Part shown: piece by piece, positions 13,317-25,574 of the stretch
How the letters are laid out: each line of letters starts with the position of its first letter
How positions within the stretch are numbered: position 1 is the stretch's first letter
DNA from: Marsupella aquatica
Taxonomy: Eukaryota; Plantae; Marchantiophyta
Direction: 5' to 3'
Assembly: GCA_973895155.1 (NCBI GenBank)
Contig: OZ316892.1
Location: forward strand, 30,667,328-30,731,327
Length of the DNA: 64,000 nucleotides
Made by a program: the position numbers and the translations under genes
The notes under the pieces: generated by a model
The model's database searches: none
Seen by the model: only the letters and a program-made list of their open reading frames with translations
Told to the model about the DNA's origin: nothing

Positions 13317-16300
13317 TCATAAGCCATTCAAGTTCTGCCTCTCCAGCACAAGCCTGACTTCGCCTAAAGTCAAAATAGGTTGGCTACAAAGACTCGACTC
13401 CTCAATCTCAAGTTTGAAAACATTTATGTACACCCAGTATAGATGTTTGCAAGGCATGTACGACTTGCCACGCGAATGTCGGAGGAAGAAGTCTTCACAA
13501 GAGCAAGCGGGGAAGATACAAATTTGGACAAAGTATGTGCTTGGTGATCGATGGTTCTCATGGGTTCAAAATGAAATTGCTTTCCAAAAGCATTTCCGGT
13601 CTGAACATTCCATTCCCCATCCAAACTCATCACTTCTTGTCGTGCAGACTCCATTCGCTTCGTGTGACCCACAGTGAGATTAGACCGAGGCCTTGAGTTC
13701 CTCCCATTCCGACTACCAAGTCGGAGATTCAGCTCCAAAAACCTTATTGTTTCTGGGAACACGTTAACATTTATCCTGAGGTCAAAAGCAGATGGCGCAG
13801 ATCGACTCAATCTTGTTGTTCGCGCTAAGACAAGTCCTTGCTCTTCCAGGAATGTAATTTCAGAAGGAGACAGGCTCGTACCCTTCAGAACAGGCAAAAT
13901 GTCAGGAAAAGGAGGAAGCTTCTGAACACCACGACGCGGATGACTCTTGTAACACGCTTGGTTCGGGCAAAACCAAATCATTTTGGAGATGGGTTCGCCC
14001 CTGAAGAGACGATGGCCCTTCACGACAATTCCGACAACACCTTCAGACAAATGGAAGCCAACCTTCTTGATACGATTTCGACACTCATCGCGATCCGAAC
14101 TCCCATTCAGTGTACCATTGCATTGCAGACCTGCTCCATACTTTGATGTCCGTCGCAACTGCCACTGCCCCGAAGGGACATCCTTCTCTAGCACAATCAT
14201 GCGTGGAAGTTGATTCTGAAGTGCTGCTGGGGCACTGAGCGGAGGTTTTGAGGATCTTGTTGTTCGGGTTGTTTGAGGAGTATAGTCCAGTGAATCAGTA
14301 TCACTCTCTGATGTGACCATACCTGAGAGATTCACCGCCTTTGTGACAGGATGATCAGAACTTGAGGGAATAGAAGAAAAGTCAGTTCTGTTCAGGTTCT
14401 TCCTTTTCAAACCACGAGTATTTGGTGTGGTTATTAGAACGGTGTCATGCCGATGGGAATCTTGTGGAGAGACAGTCCCAGTTGCATGTCCCTTCCTCTT
14501 CATTGACTTCGTCATTATATCTCCATTCAGGGAGTACTTCTTTCCAAATCGAATTTTGCTGCGTTAGATAGAAGCATATTAGTCGCTTCTTCAAACAATC
14601 TTGGCGAACCTGCTTGATTGGCGGAACGGAACACCAATTCCCATATAGTTGGCCCCTTCCCCCGGTTCAAGCCTTTACGGTATGCACTGTATCCGGCAAC
14701 TTGAGACAGAGCACGGTTTTGGTCAACTTCGCAAGCTTCATAAAGACCGACCTTTTTCTTTGTAGCCAAGGCTTTCATGGACGCATGCCTTGATTCTGAT
14801 CCTGTACAGTTGGGGATCAAGGCACCTTCCTCAGCGCTTTTGCTCTGCCATACGAAAATGTCAACCGTAAGTAGTATTCTATTACCAGCGCCCGGCGTTG
14901 GCAACATAAATATGTAGAACAGGCCTGAAATACAATTTCAATGTTTAATACTGAATTCTAACTACATATTGGCTTCAATTTCTTGTACTACTTGTTTTGA
15001 CGTGTATGGAGAAAATAACCAGCGCCTGGCGCTAATATGAAGTTGATGAACATTACAGTCTAGATAGATGGATGCCTTACCACTCGAATAAAATTGCCCC
15101 ACTGGCGCCAGCGAACAACCCACCAAGATATCCAGCTTTGCAGCATCTTTAGCTTTCCGGGGACACAGTTTCCTGATTGCCACCACACAACAATCTCTCG
15201 GGACACCCGGTATGCTGCCACAAATGATGGAGCATTTCTCAGTTTCTCCCAAAGTCTCCGATGCTCCGATTGACATTCTTCCAGTACTCCTTCCTTGGAA
15301 TGACGATGAAAAGATTGATAAAAGTGAAATGCATCAGAGCGCTCCCTCTCCGGGTCCGGGTGTCCACCAAAAAAACATTTCGCACTGCATTCCATCCAGC
15401 TTGTGCATTGTCGGCCATAAATCCTTGGATGACAACCTCCTGAAGTTCATTTTCTTTGCAAACCTCAATCATCACTCTCCATGCCTTTTCAAAAGACTCA
15501 GTGTCTTCACCTTTCAACTCGCATGTGAAAATTGTACACAGTGCACGGAAATTGTGGTCGTAGACGTGTGCGCTGAAAGTAAACCAATCCGTGGTGACAC
15601 GCTGCATCACATCAAAACTTACCCAGGCTCCTTCGAGTCTTCCACCCGGTTGCATCTGCCTCAAAAGATCCACACCGGAACCGTGACCTTTCACGGTCAT
15701 TTTAAAGATGTGAGGCCTATCGTTTTGACATCCCTGACCTAGAAGCAAATACTTATGGAGAAATGACACATGAATCCTCCTCTGCATTTGCGAGAGAAAA
15801 TCTAATTCACCCCGACCTTTTTGGTCTATCCTAACGCTCCGACAAAGAGATGCAAACTTCTGCGGAGTGGAAAGGACCATCAGAGACTTCCATATTTCAG
15901 TTTCTTCAATATCGACCATGTCGTCAACATGTTCGCAGAGAGATTTCACTAAGGACCCTGTAGCAGAATTCAAGATCCCTGCCGGTTTTGACAGAGGATT
16001 GGCTTCATGTTTTTTTTAATTAGATCCTTAGCTATCTTCTCCGCACTCCTACAGAAGGTTTTTCTACCTGGATGGTTGTGCTCACCTATATGAATTGCCA
16101 GGCGGGACATATGACTACATGTTTCCGCATCAAGTAATACTTGGGGGTACATGTAAAACAAACGGGCAGGGGAGTACTTCACACAAAAAGGAATCTGTTC
16201 GCATAATGACAAACAACACCTCCCTCTTCGATGAAAGATCCCACAACATACTGACCACTGAGCTTTGGAGTACCCTGCCATGCCTTAGCATTTGCCTTCT

Positions 16301-17018
16301 TCTTCCTTTGGAAATAGTCGTAGGACTTGTTCCTGCATTCAATGAATCCCGTACAAGTAACCTTCCCAAACTGCCAAAGGTTTTTAGGATGAACAGTTGC
16401 AGTTGTTGGAAATATGCGTGTCCAAATGTAACAATCTTTGGCACGATCCATGTCCCTAAGCCTAGAGCCTTTAGAGAGCATCTTATCAATGGGCGGCAAC
16501 TCAAACACGACGTTACCATTGTACTTAGTTGGCAGACAGGACACTTGTTCATGCCTGAAATCACCCGTTGATATGAACCGTGACAACTCACTATGATCAG
16601 TTGATTTGAGTAACGTATCCATCGCACTACGCCGGTACACGACCTCCAACTGCTTAGAGCTTCCCGGAGTCTCAGCTTTCACGACAGCAAGGAGCGGGCT
16701 TTTCTTCTTCGACGGTGGACTTAGAGTACGATCTCCATCCTCACTTGAAGAAATCTCAACCACATCACATGGAACCGGCGGGGAACTGGACAGTCCTGCA
16801 TGCTGTCTTAAACGAACCGAGTACGAGATCCCTGCGTAGAGATGCCAAAACCGTTCACCGTCATCGACATTGAACGTTGCAGCATCCTCAATATCATCAA
16901 TGGATTCGAGCTCTCGAACAATGGCCTCAATGTCATTCATCTTCAAATCAAATCTCCCGCAGAGATACCTCTCCCGGACCTGCTTGTACGTATCTTCCAT
17001 GGGGACGGGGATAGTCAC
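13317..17018 (-). pseudogene. Mutator-like transposase with GCM-type N-terminal Zn domain, DDE core and C-terminal SWIM finger (frameshifted)
   Basis: GCM-like: CTGFIECRN...RLAIHIGEHNHP. Core: SFD...FMADNAQAGWNAVRNVF...SDAFH...ESRHAS. My translation of 13530-13420 gives PACSCEDF..PCKHLYWV (SWIM). Probable intron ~14845-15080; several frameshifts and stops. Confidence 0.8.
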
Positions 17019-17980
17019 AATATCTTCAGAACCAAATCAAGAAAGAACGATAGACCGAGACATGGTGAACAAAAACAAAAACCGAGGGCTATAGCGTTTG
17101 AAAGAAGAAAATTTCATGGTATTGTTCAGCTTATATCTGTCGAACCTGGGAATTTGACGTTAACCAATCCGTTTGTATACAACATAAAACATTGACGATG
17201 GAGGATCCGTTGGCACCATAAATGATTTTTGTCGTTTTTCCCCGAGAAGTTCGGATGTCAGACACAAACATATTGCTAAAAAGATCACCAACCTTACTTA
17301 AACAGACCATAAGATATGACAAGGTATTGTCAAATTTTAGTAGCGCCTGGCGCTAACTAAAATACGCCACTAAAAATGTGTCTGAAATCTCGACATTCCA
17401 AACTAGCGCCCGGCGCTAGTATAGAATAAATTCCCTGAAAATGAACATTATGACCACATAATTGGGAATAAATGGTGCCTTCAAAGGATGGTTTTGATGG
17501 ATTATGGATGATAAATGAACATTTATACTAGCGTCGGGCGCTAGTATTACATTTGAGAAATATTTCTCCGTAAACGATGTACTGAAGGATACTTTAATAA
17601 AATATGGGGGTGGAAAGGCCAAAATTTATGTCATAGCTCCTTCAAAAAAGACCTCTAAATTTCTTCCAGTTTATACTAGCGCTGGGCGCTATTATAAGCA
17701 TACTCTAAATTGTTCACCTTTATGGTCATCATTAATGCTAGCGCCCGGCGCTAGTATTGATATGATGTTAGGAAATGTCTTTAACGGTAACATTCAACGG
17801 TAACTTATGACTTCCGTGTGTGTTACGCATCTTCTACCGTTTGATTTTGGTAATTAAACCTTCCGTATACAGACGTTGGAAACCGCCAAACATCAGAGCT
17901 AATGGCTTTCCTCTAGGTTATGTCATCCTCCCGCTAGAATATATTACACGTTCAGAGATGATTATAGTTCCATAATTTCA

Positions 17981-20900
17981 TTGTACGATAGTTCGTACGC
18001 TTCTAGAAGGAAGACGATGGAGGTATTCCCCTCTTCTTCCAGAGGGTATAGTGCGGTTCCTGACCAGGAGCGAGCTTATTCTGAATCTTCGCAGTCTTTG
18101 TTTACTGGTTCAGTCTATACACGTCGTGTAACTCGTTCCTCAAAGTTGTTGCCGCTCACTTCTGTCAGCGGTGTTTTGGGTCCAAATCCTTTGCGAAGAA
18201 AGATGGACAACGTAGACACAATTGCGATCCAGGATGTTGCGGATTGCGCGCTTGCTGAGACTGATCTCATTTCGAAACATGTCATGTCTTTTGGAAAGGA
18301 TTCTCGTGGATTTGACAAGGAGCCGCCTCGAATCCCTCTGTGTCGATTGGTTCACATGGAGGTGGTTCGTACTCTGCAGAAAAACAGCTCTTCCATCGAG
18401 AAGCTGAAAGACTCTTTTCGTAGTATGGGTTACAACTCTTCGATAGGTTGCGTTTCTATGTGCAGCCAACGGATGAGAACGGAATTGTTCTGACCTGTAC
18501 CTAGGACATTTGTGATTCATGGGATCCAATATGGCAATTGGAGAACAAGAAGTTTGAGGCTGAATGCGAGGCTGACCCGGATTTTTTTGTCTTGAAGGAT
18601 AAGATGTTCTCTATATTCGATGGAAATCACAGGCTGTACTCCTGGACGCTTGTAACAGAGGAGAACCCGGACAATCCAAAATATCATCCTCGTGTGCTCT
18701 GTACAATATTTAAAGGAGACAAGGGATCTCTCATTGAAATTGAGGCAGCTATGCACACCGTGAATCAGTAAGTTCTCATGATTTCCAGTTCTTTCCTTAA
18801 ATCTTGCGAGTGTTGTATTTACTAGCGCTCGGCGCTGCTTATACATGAATTGTTTTTCATTGACTCTTACTCTCAATGTTTGTTCGTGTAGGCTTGGCCA
18901 AGCAGTTGTAGAGCCTTCCTGGATCCTGGATGTGGACAGAATCAAACAAATTCTGGCGCATGACCTTGAGTATTACAGTAAACTAATTGACCCAGGTAAT
19001 TTCAAGAAGTTTGAAAGCATTCGGCTGAAAACTCGGAAGGGGTCATGGTATACGAAGAAGATGCCACAAGAAGCACTTGTTTACATTCTTTGTGAGAATA
19101 AGATAAAGTCGTACTCGCATCAATTCAAACTCGACATGGAGGCAGCGGAGGCTCAAGGGAGTCCATGGTCGGCGGACAAGATTTCAAAATGGCATGCGGC
19201 CATGATGAAAGACGCAACCAAAGATTGGGCAGTGAAGTCTTCAAAAATTATGCCCTTATTAAGTCCTGAATTTGAAGATTTCCTCAGTACATGTGCAGAA
19301 ATGTACTGTCACAGAGAGAAACAAGAGAGAGAAGAAGCCTGACACCGTTGTATGTACGATGGACCGCGCACGATTGTTCACCGCTGTTTCTGCTCTAGAC
19401 CCAAAGTTACGAAGCACTTTACTTGTGGCACATTGCAATCCTGAGCTGCGGAGACAGTTTTTTCACCCAGCAAGTGTTAACGATGATCCAGTCAAACAGT
19501 GGTGCCACACTTGGATCACTTGGAATAGTGTGGAGGGAATTGCTGCTGGCATGTTACATTCATGTCTACGTGAAGTTGAGCAAACCATGCCCGCGAATAG
19601 ATTGGAAGAGTGGAATTGTAGTTCGTTTGATGATCTAGTTCAGTTTGTTACAAATGAATTCAAGAGATTTGGTGATTCCGTGAAGAATAAGTTCTTTCAC
19701 ACTATGTGGCCTTCAAAGTACCCTGACAAAGAAGATTACACCCAAAGAAACCAGAAGCGAGCGAAGAGGTTTGTGTATAGGTTCTACATGCACATGGAGG
19801 TAACCAAACCTGATTACTTCTGGGCATATCCTGCAGCTTTTATGAAGTGGATTTCAATAAGTGAAGATGATGCCTTGGCTGATTTGTACTCTATGTACCC
19901 CACGGAGGGCATATTTCCTCCGAGACCAATGACAGAATGGGAGAGAACTCACTGCCCCTGGTATCTAGATACAGATAGATGGGATTCTCCTTTTGATCAA
20001 AGGGAAAAAGATGCCTTCCATAAGCTTTCAAAGTCTTAGATGCCAGCAAAACTTGTGTCCGACATGAAGCAGGGTCTACTTGACAATGTAGACAAGTCTG
20101 CCACAAACTTGCAAACTATCTGTGAAACAACTGTTGTGCATGTGGACCGGAGTCGCAAACCTCGCGCGAAAGCCAAAGCAGAGCTAGCAGCACCGACCGA
20201 GTCTACTAAATCTGGAAAGAAGAGTAAGTATTGCTATCCATGATTTTGCCAGCGCCAGGCGCTGGCAAAAAATATTCTGTTGAGGGTTGTTCTCTTTCTT
20301 GGTTATTAGGCTTCGGTTGCGACTTAAGTGAATTGCATTTGGTTAGCGCCAGGCGCTAGCTTCTTTCAATACTTTAAAAGTACTTATTCTAACTACGAGT
20401 TGGTTATATTTTAGGAGGGAGGAAGTCTAATACGGTGGGAACGGGAGATACAAAAAAGGATGCTACACCTGAAGTTTCCGAGGCAAACACGGGAGCTCGA
20501 TCGGACCCCATTACTCCAGTCGACAAAGGGAAGGTTATAGTTCCTATCGACGCCACGAGTACCAGGAAGAAACAAAAGAGAGCTATCGAAGGTGGACAAT
20601 CTTTAAGGGAGAGTGTTATAGCTTCTGGTTTCCAACGTGAAGTTGGAAACTTCAAAAAAACTGTGTCTCGCCATTGCATGGTTGAGACAAGCCTTTCTGA
20701 ATTTTTTGACTCGACGTTCAACAAGGAGGAGAAGCCCGAGTGGGTTAGTGATGTGGAGAAATGGGGAAAAGACCTCGTTAAGTTGGGATTTAAAGAGAAG
20801 GGAGTTGTTCGGGGGGGAAAAGTAAGATCGTTTGGAGTGGATGCCGACTTCATTTACCTACCGACCGGGTTCAAACCATCTATCATTGATAAGAAGGTTC

Positions 20901-21691
20901 CTAAATGGAACATTCCAGATCACTCAATGGCTAGATCTTTTTTCAAATCCACGGATCCATTTTTATCAGATGATGGGTTCCTTGTAATTCTACACAATGG
21001 GGAGTACGATCCCATGTCGCAAGTCATTGCTGCCTGTCAGGAGTCAAGGAAATTTCAGTGTATATGCTCGCATAATGTTGTGATGTATGACCCAATGTAT
21101 GCGGCAAAGACAGACCGAGAGATGTTTACCCTCAGGCTCGACATATTTGGCCGAATTAATGGGAAATGTAAAATTCCCAAAGACCCCAAATTTTGGCCGC
21201 TGTCCATCAGTGAGGACCCTTCGGTTACCAATTTGATCGGACTCTCTTCGCTCAAATCAGATCCATTCCCGCAAATGGAGTTTGCTGGAAATGCTCGTCT
21301 GTCTATGGGTTTTATGCAATCTGTTATAGAGCTTGTCACACGGCCTCGTGATATTTTTATGGATTGGACTGCTGGGGCTGGAAGCTCTTACATTGCTGGC
21401 GACTTCTCTGGACGATTTGTACTCGGGATAGAACACCGGAAAGAATTTATTGAAACCGCTTCAAAGGTTTTCATGGATTTGTTGTCTCCCAAAGAGATTG
21501 CAGTGTTACCTCCACCTGTTCCTACTGCCGACAGAAAAAAGAGAGATAAGCTTCGGTCGGTTCTCAATTTTGATTCTGATGATGAATCGAGTGAAGGTGG
21601 AGAGGAACAAGGTACAAGAAACTCCGAGGACGAAAAGGGAGAGCGTCGTGCAACTGCAGATGAAACCGATAGTGATGACTCTTCCGAGTAA
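17981..21691 (+). pseudogene. ParB/Srx-like + beta-class N4/N6 DNA methyltransferase-like fusion gene 2 (disrupted, spliced)
   Basis: RIPLCRLVHMEVVR..IEKLKDSFRSMGY..IFDGNHRLYSW contains the ParB GxxR signature. The C-terminus has FLSDDGFLVILH...VIELVTRPRDIFMDWTAGAGSSYIAGDFSGRFVLGIE (SAM motif after the catalytic region, i.e. beta order). Introns ~18768-18891 and ~20224-20414; frameshifts ~18450 and ~19330; TAG at 20037. Confidence 0.75.
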
Positions 21692-22379
21692 TGTTCATAA
21701 ACTCGTAAGCTTCTTTCTCCATTCCCGTCAATTCATAACATTTCTTTTGTTGTTTTGGGGAAAGGCGCCTTACAAAATGGACTTTGTTATATCAGGTCAG
21801 AGTGGAATGCAAGGAGACGATTCAAACTGCGGAGGAAGATCGCGAGACACAACGTAGAAACATCGGAAAAACCGTTTGTTCTTCCCTCCTATGCAGAGAA
21901 AGCCGCAAGGAAAGCAGAAAGTGCAAGGACACTTTGCTGGGAAAACAAAGGTCTTCGGTTACGAAGGGGTGTTGACCAAAAGTTCATTAAACATCCTTAT
22001 GTTGATGACTTCTCCCGCAGCCAGTACGTAGATGATGAGGCTGTGTCCACGGACAGATCCCAGAGTACAGATTCTGGTTCCGACTCAGAATCTTCATAAC
22101 CGTGAGAAGTAGTGGGTAGTTGAGGCTAAATCTTTTAGCAGCACCCGACGCTTGTAACATCTGTATTATTTCCCTCTGCTGAGGGTCCTTTTAAATTGTT
22201 GATTTCTCTCTACTTGTTGATTACTTTTGACTTCTGTTCTTTACAAGCGTCTGGCGCTCGCCAAATGGAATCTCTAAATGGTCGTTTAGTCTTTGTCATT
22301 TCCTGTCAACGGTCATCATCATTGGATACCAACTACCATTTGGATTGTGTTCTTTAGTCAGTCGTCGGAAAGTCGTTTG

Positions 22380-22752
22380 GGACCATAGTTTCGGGACGAT
22401 GATTCCATAGTTTAGGGACCGGGCGGAAGGGACGACTATAGTTTCAGTTTAGGTTTGTTCGGGACAACGAGAGTTGGGGACGTCGATAGTTGAGGACGAC
22501 GATAGTTGAGGACGACGATAGTTGAGGACGACGATAGAACGGGATGATAGAACGGGACAATAGAACGGGAGGGGAGACTTTGTTTCGGGAGGACAATAGA
22601 ACGTGATGATAGAACGGGACGATAGTTCGTTTGGGAAGACTTTGTTTCGGGAAGACGATAGAACGGGACGTTAGAGCAGGGCGATAGAACGGGACAATAC
22701 CTGTTACCAAGGCGAAGATAGTTTCCGGAGGCAATAGAACGGGACGATGATA
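22380..22752. repeat. Degenerate 13-16 bp minisatellite (GATAGAACGGGAC / GATAGTTGAGGACGAC)
   Basis: Directly visible tandem units. Confidence 0.9.
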
Positions 22753-22905
22753 GTTTGATGGTCATTTCGGAACGGTAGTGTACGCGGACCTTTATCTGGC
22801 GTCTTAGTCTTCGCGGACCTTTCTTTGACCTTTGTCGGCTATAGCACTCACGGACGACGTTCTTACGGGAGGAGAGGTTATATTTTAGATCGGGATCTTT
22901 GAAAC

Positions 22906-23367
22906 ATGCCGAGTCAATATGAGCCAATGGATTGGGAGGCAGCTTTTCGTCCTTCTCGTGTGCGTCCGGAAGAGAGCCATTTCAGCTCTTTTGAATCGCG
23001 GATGGAAACTGAAGAAACTGAAACTTCCACTTTTTGGAACCGTCATGCTCTCCCGTATGATGAGGCTATTAGTCCTGGAGAGAAGAACATCCCTTGGATT
23101 GTCGATTCCCCTACGCCTCCGTTCTCTAGTCGGTTTTCGTCTCACCCGGGAGTTCTTGTTGATGGGGTACTCCCAATCGATCGAAGAGTACAAGAAATGT
23201 TCGGGCGAGTTGATTTTAAGGACAATAATATTCCTATTGAACATTTTACAAGGGCTGTTCGTCGAGGACCTTCAAAGGGATACTTTCGTTTGCGTGGTCT
23301 CGGCTTCAAGAAAGATCGGCGGAGAGAAGCAGCAGGAGTGGATGATGATTGCAACTCGGAAAGCTAG
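22906..23367 (+). CDS. Hypothetical 153-aa ORF
   Basis: ATG-initiated intact ORF between the minisatellite and family B palindromes; no motif recognised. Confidence 0.3.
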   Translation: MPSQYEPMDWEAAFRPSRVRPEESHFSSFESRMETEETETSTFWNRHALPYDEAISPGEKNIPWIVDSPTPPFSSRFSSHPGVLVDGVLPIDRRVQEMFGRVDFKDNNIPIEHFTRAVRRGPSKGYFRLRGLGFKKDRRREAAGVDDDCNSES

Positions 23368-25574
23368 ATGGAAATTTCATTTTGCTGATCGCTTTAAGCT
23401 AGCGCCGGGCGCTGCTAAAGTTTTCCGGATTTTGTGGCATTGAAGTTGACCTCAGCTCTGGCGTTAGAGTTTTCCCGGTTGTCTACTATTTAGGTTTTGG
23501 CTAGCGCCGGGCGCTATTGAAACGACAACGGATTTTGTGGGAGGGAATGGATCTTGACTATGTTGTCTGTGTTTGGACGCATCTTGTCTCCAAGAAACGA
23601 CTAGTTTTCTAGTTAGTTTTTGGCTAGCGCCGAGCGCTGTTCATGTATTAGTCGAAAACCTCCAACGGTGTCGACTGTGACTTCATGGATGGGATTTTTA
23701 GGCCAGATTGTTGATGTTGATAACTGCATTTTGTATCACTTAAGCCGAGCGCGTTTTCTATTTTGCGATAATATATGCGAATGTTTTTTCCGGCCTTTCT
23801 TTTCTACTTGTATTTGTCTTGGATTTTGTGTATCTCAATTGGCAATCGTCTTTTATGTTTCAAAAAATTGTTTCCGTGTTGTTCTTTTATTTATCACGAG
23901 GGTTTGGTGGTTTTGTTTTCTATTCTTGTACTTTCAAATGGAGATTTTGAGACCTTTTTTTAAGATCATTGTTCACGACCATCCAAACACTGTTCACTGG
24001 TAACAGCTCCTTTTAACTGGTACCAGAATCTGTTTCCTGTTATTGTTATCTGTTTGCTGTCGTTTGTAAATTCCCCGGCCCCAACAAGGGCCAGTATGAT
24101 GATAACTTGGATAGAGATGGTCTCCATCCACAAGTGCCTGGACAAGAGATGGAAGTTGATACTTTTGAAAAACTTTCTTCAAACAACCTTCTCAATCAAG
24201 GTGCGGAGAGGCATGGTGAGTCCAATGAACTCAACACATTGGGATTGAGACCACAGCCCATCCAAATAGCTGACATTCCCATGAATGAAGCAAGTGCATC
24301 CACGACTGCTGACAACCAGGCAGGTGCTTCAATTTGTCCCGATACACTCTTTTCCGCTTCTGATGACAAATTGGTGTTTGTTTGATCACAATCAAAAAGT
24401 CCCGTTATCCTTCCACTCTCAAAAAAGAAAGGGAAGAGAGTAGGATCAACGGGATATAAGTCACTTGAATATGATTGTCGATGTTACGTGTGGAAAAGTG
24501 GACCCGATGTAGGAACTGAAGTTGCATTGGATGCTGCTCAATCAATTTTGAACAATGACTTGTACAAAAAGCACAAGAAAGATCCAACTTATAGAAGTGG
24601 AGAATTGGGATTGATAACTCCGGTTTGGTTTGCACCTTATTGGGTAGAGGAGAGTACCTCCGATGTCAATTATGAGATCCAACAAGAACTCGGTGATGAT
24701 ATCTTGATTGATGAATATGGATCGCATTGTTAGCCAAGGTCTAGATTGAGCAATGTGACCTTATCAATTTGATATAATATAGTCTGTATAATTATACTTC
24801 AAGTTTAACAATTAGGGCATCAGTATCAATATCCATCTCCTCTTTACGGTTTCTCAATGAATCTGATCAGTATGCAGATATATTTTCTTTGTGGTTGGCC
24901 ACTTGTGTTGGATTGACAGAGATGATATCTATCCAAACTTCAAATGTGGTTTTATCTCTAAGATTGGTATTTGTTGCACTTGCAGAACCAAGACCTTGTT
25001 CCATCAGGTGGATTGCATGATTGAGGACTACCAAAGGAGGCAAAAAGTCTCCAGTCCTTTCACTAATCCAAAGGACTGTCAACGGCCAAGATTGGCACAT
25101 CTAAAGTCAAAAAGGACTTAAACAAATCAAATGCGTATAAGACACATTCATTAGTATTTCAGCTCCCGAGGTAACCCCTTTCTTGTCGCAACTATAATTT
25201 ATGAGTGAAGGACAACCGGTTCTCTAGGAGAGTGCTGGCGCTATTAGTTCTGCGTGGAGGACTTTTCAAAAACAAGGAGTCAAAGTCCTTTGGGGAAACT
25301 CATTTTTTGTCCCGACATGTAATTTACAGTTGGACAACTAGTTCTGTGGGAGAATGTCGTCGGCGCTACTAGTTCCGCAGGGAATTTTCAAAATCTAGGA
25401 GTGAGAGTCCTTCTCACTTAGGCGCGAGCTACAATTTGTTCAGAAAGTAGCGAAGCCGAGCGCAAAGGTCCATACTTAGCCTCGTGAAGCACAAGATGGA
25501 TGCCTCTGTGAGAATTCATTCAAGAGCAGTCGTGCAATGATGTGAGATTCAAGATGTTCTAATTTGTGTTGCCT

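Larger units (their letters stand above)
11637..23639. repeat. Dispersed palindrome family B, consensus (C)TAGCGCCCGGCGCTA(G)
   Basis: About 17 copies: ~11652, 13197, 14886, 15020, 17341, 17403, 17528, 17676, 17738, 18822, 20248, 20344, 22138, 22245, 23399, 23500, 23624; essentially all intronic or intergenic. Confidence 0.9.
6900..25120. mobile_element. Putative giant Mutator-like (MULE) element carrying two ParB-methyltransferase-like genes; ends not resolved
   Basis: Central MULE transposase; two palindrome families and TGTTACCAG motifs recur across the interval, including in cargo-gene introns. No TIR or TSD identified. Confidence 0.55.

Noticed and set aside
8560-21691. Bacterial contamination or prophage as source of the ParB-MTase genes
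   Set aside because: The genes have GT-AG introns and are interleaved with eukaryotic transposons; no operon structure.
22436-22927. Minus-strand ORFs of 163 and 96 aa
   Set aside because: Translations of the minisatellite.
25160-25180. CAGCTCCCGAGG as left TIR matching ...AATAGGCTG at 39379
   Set aside because: Only four bases match and there is no convincing TSD.
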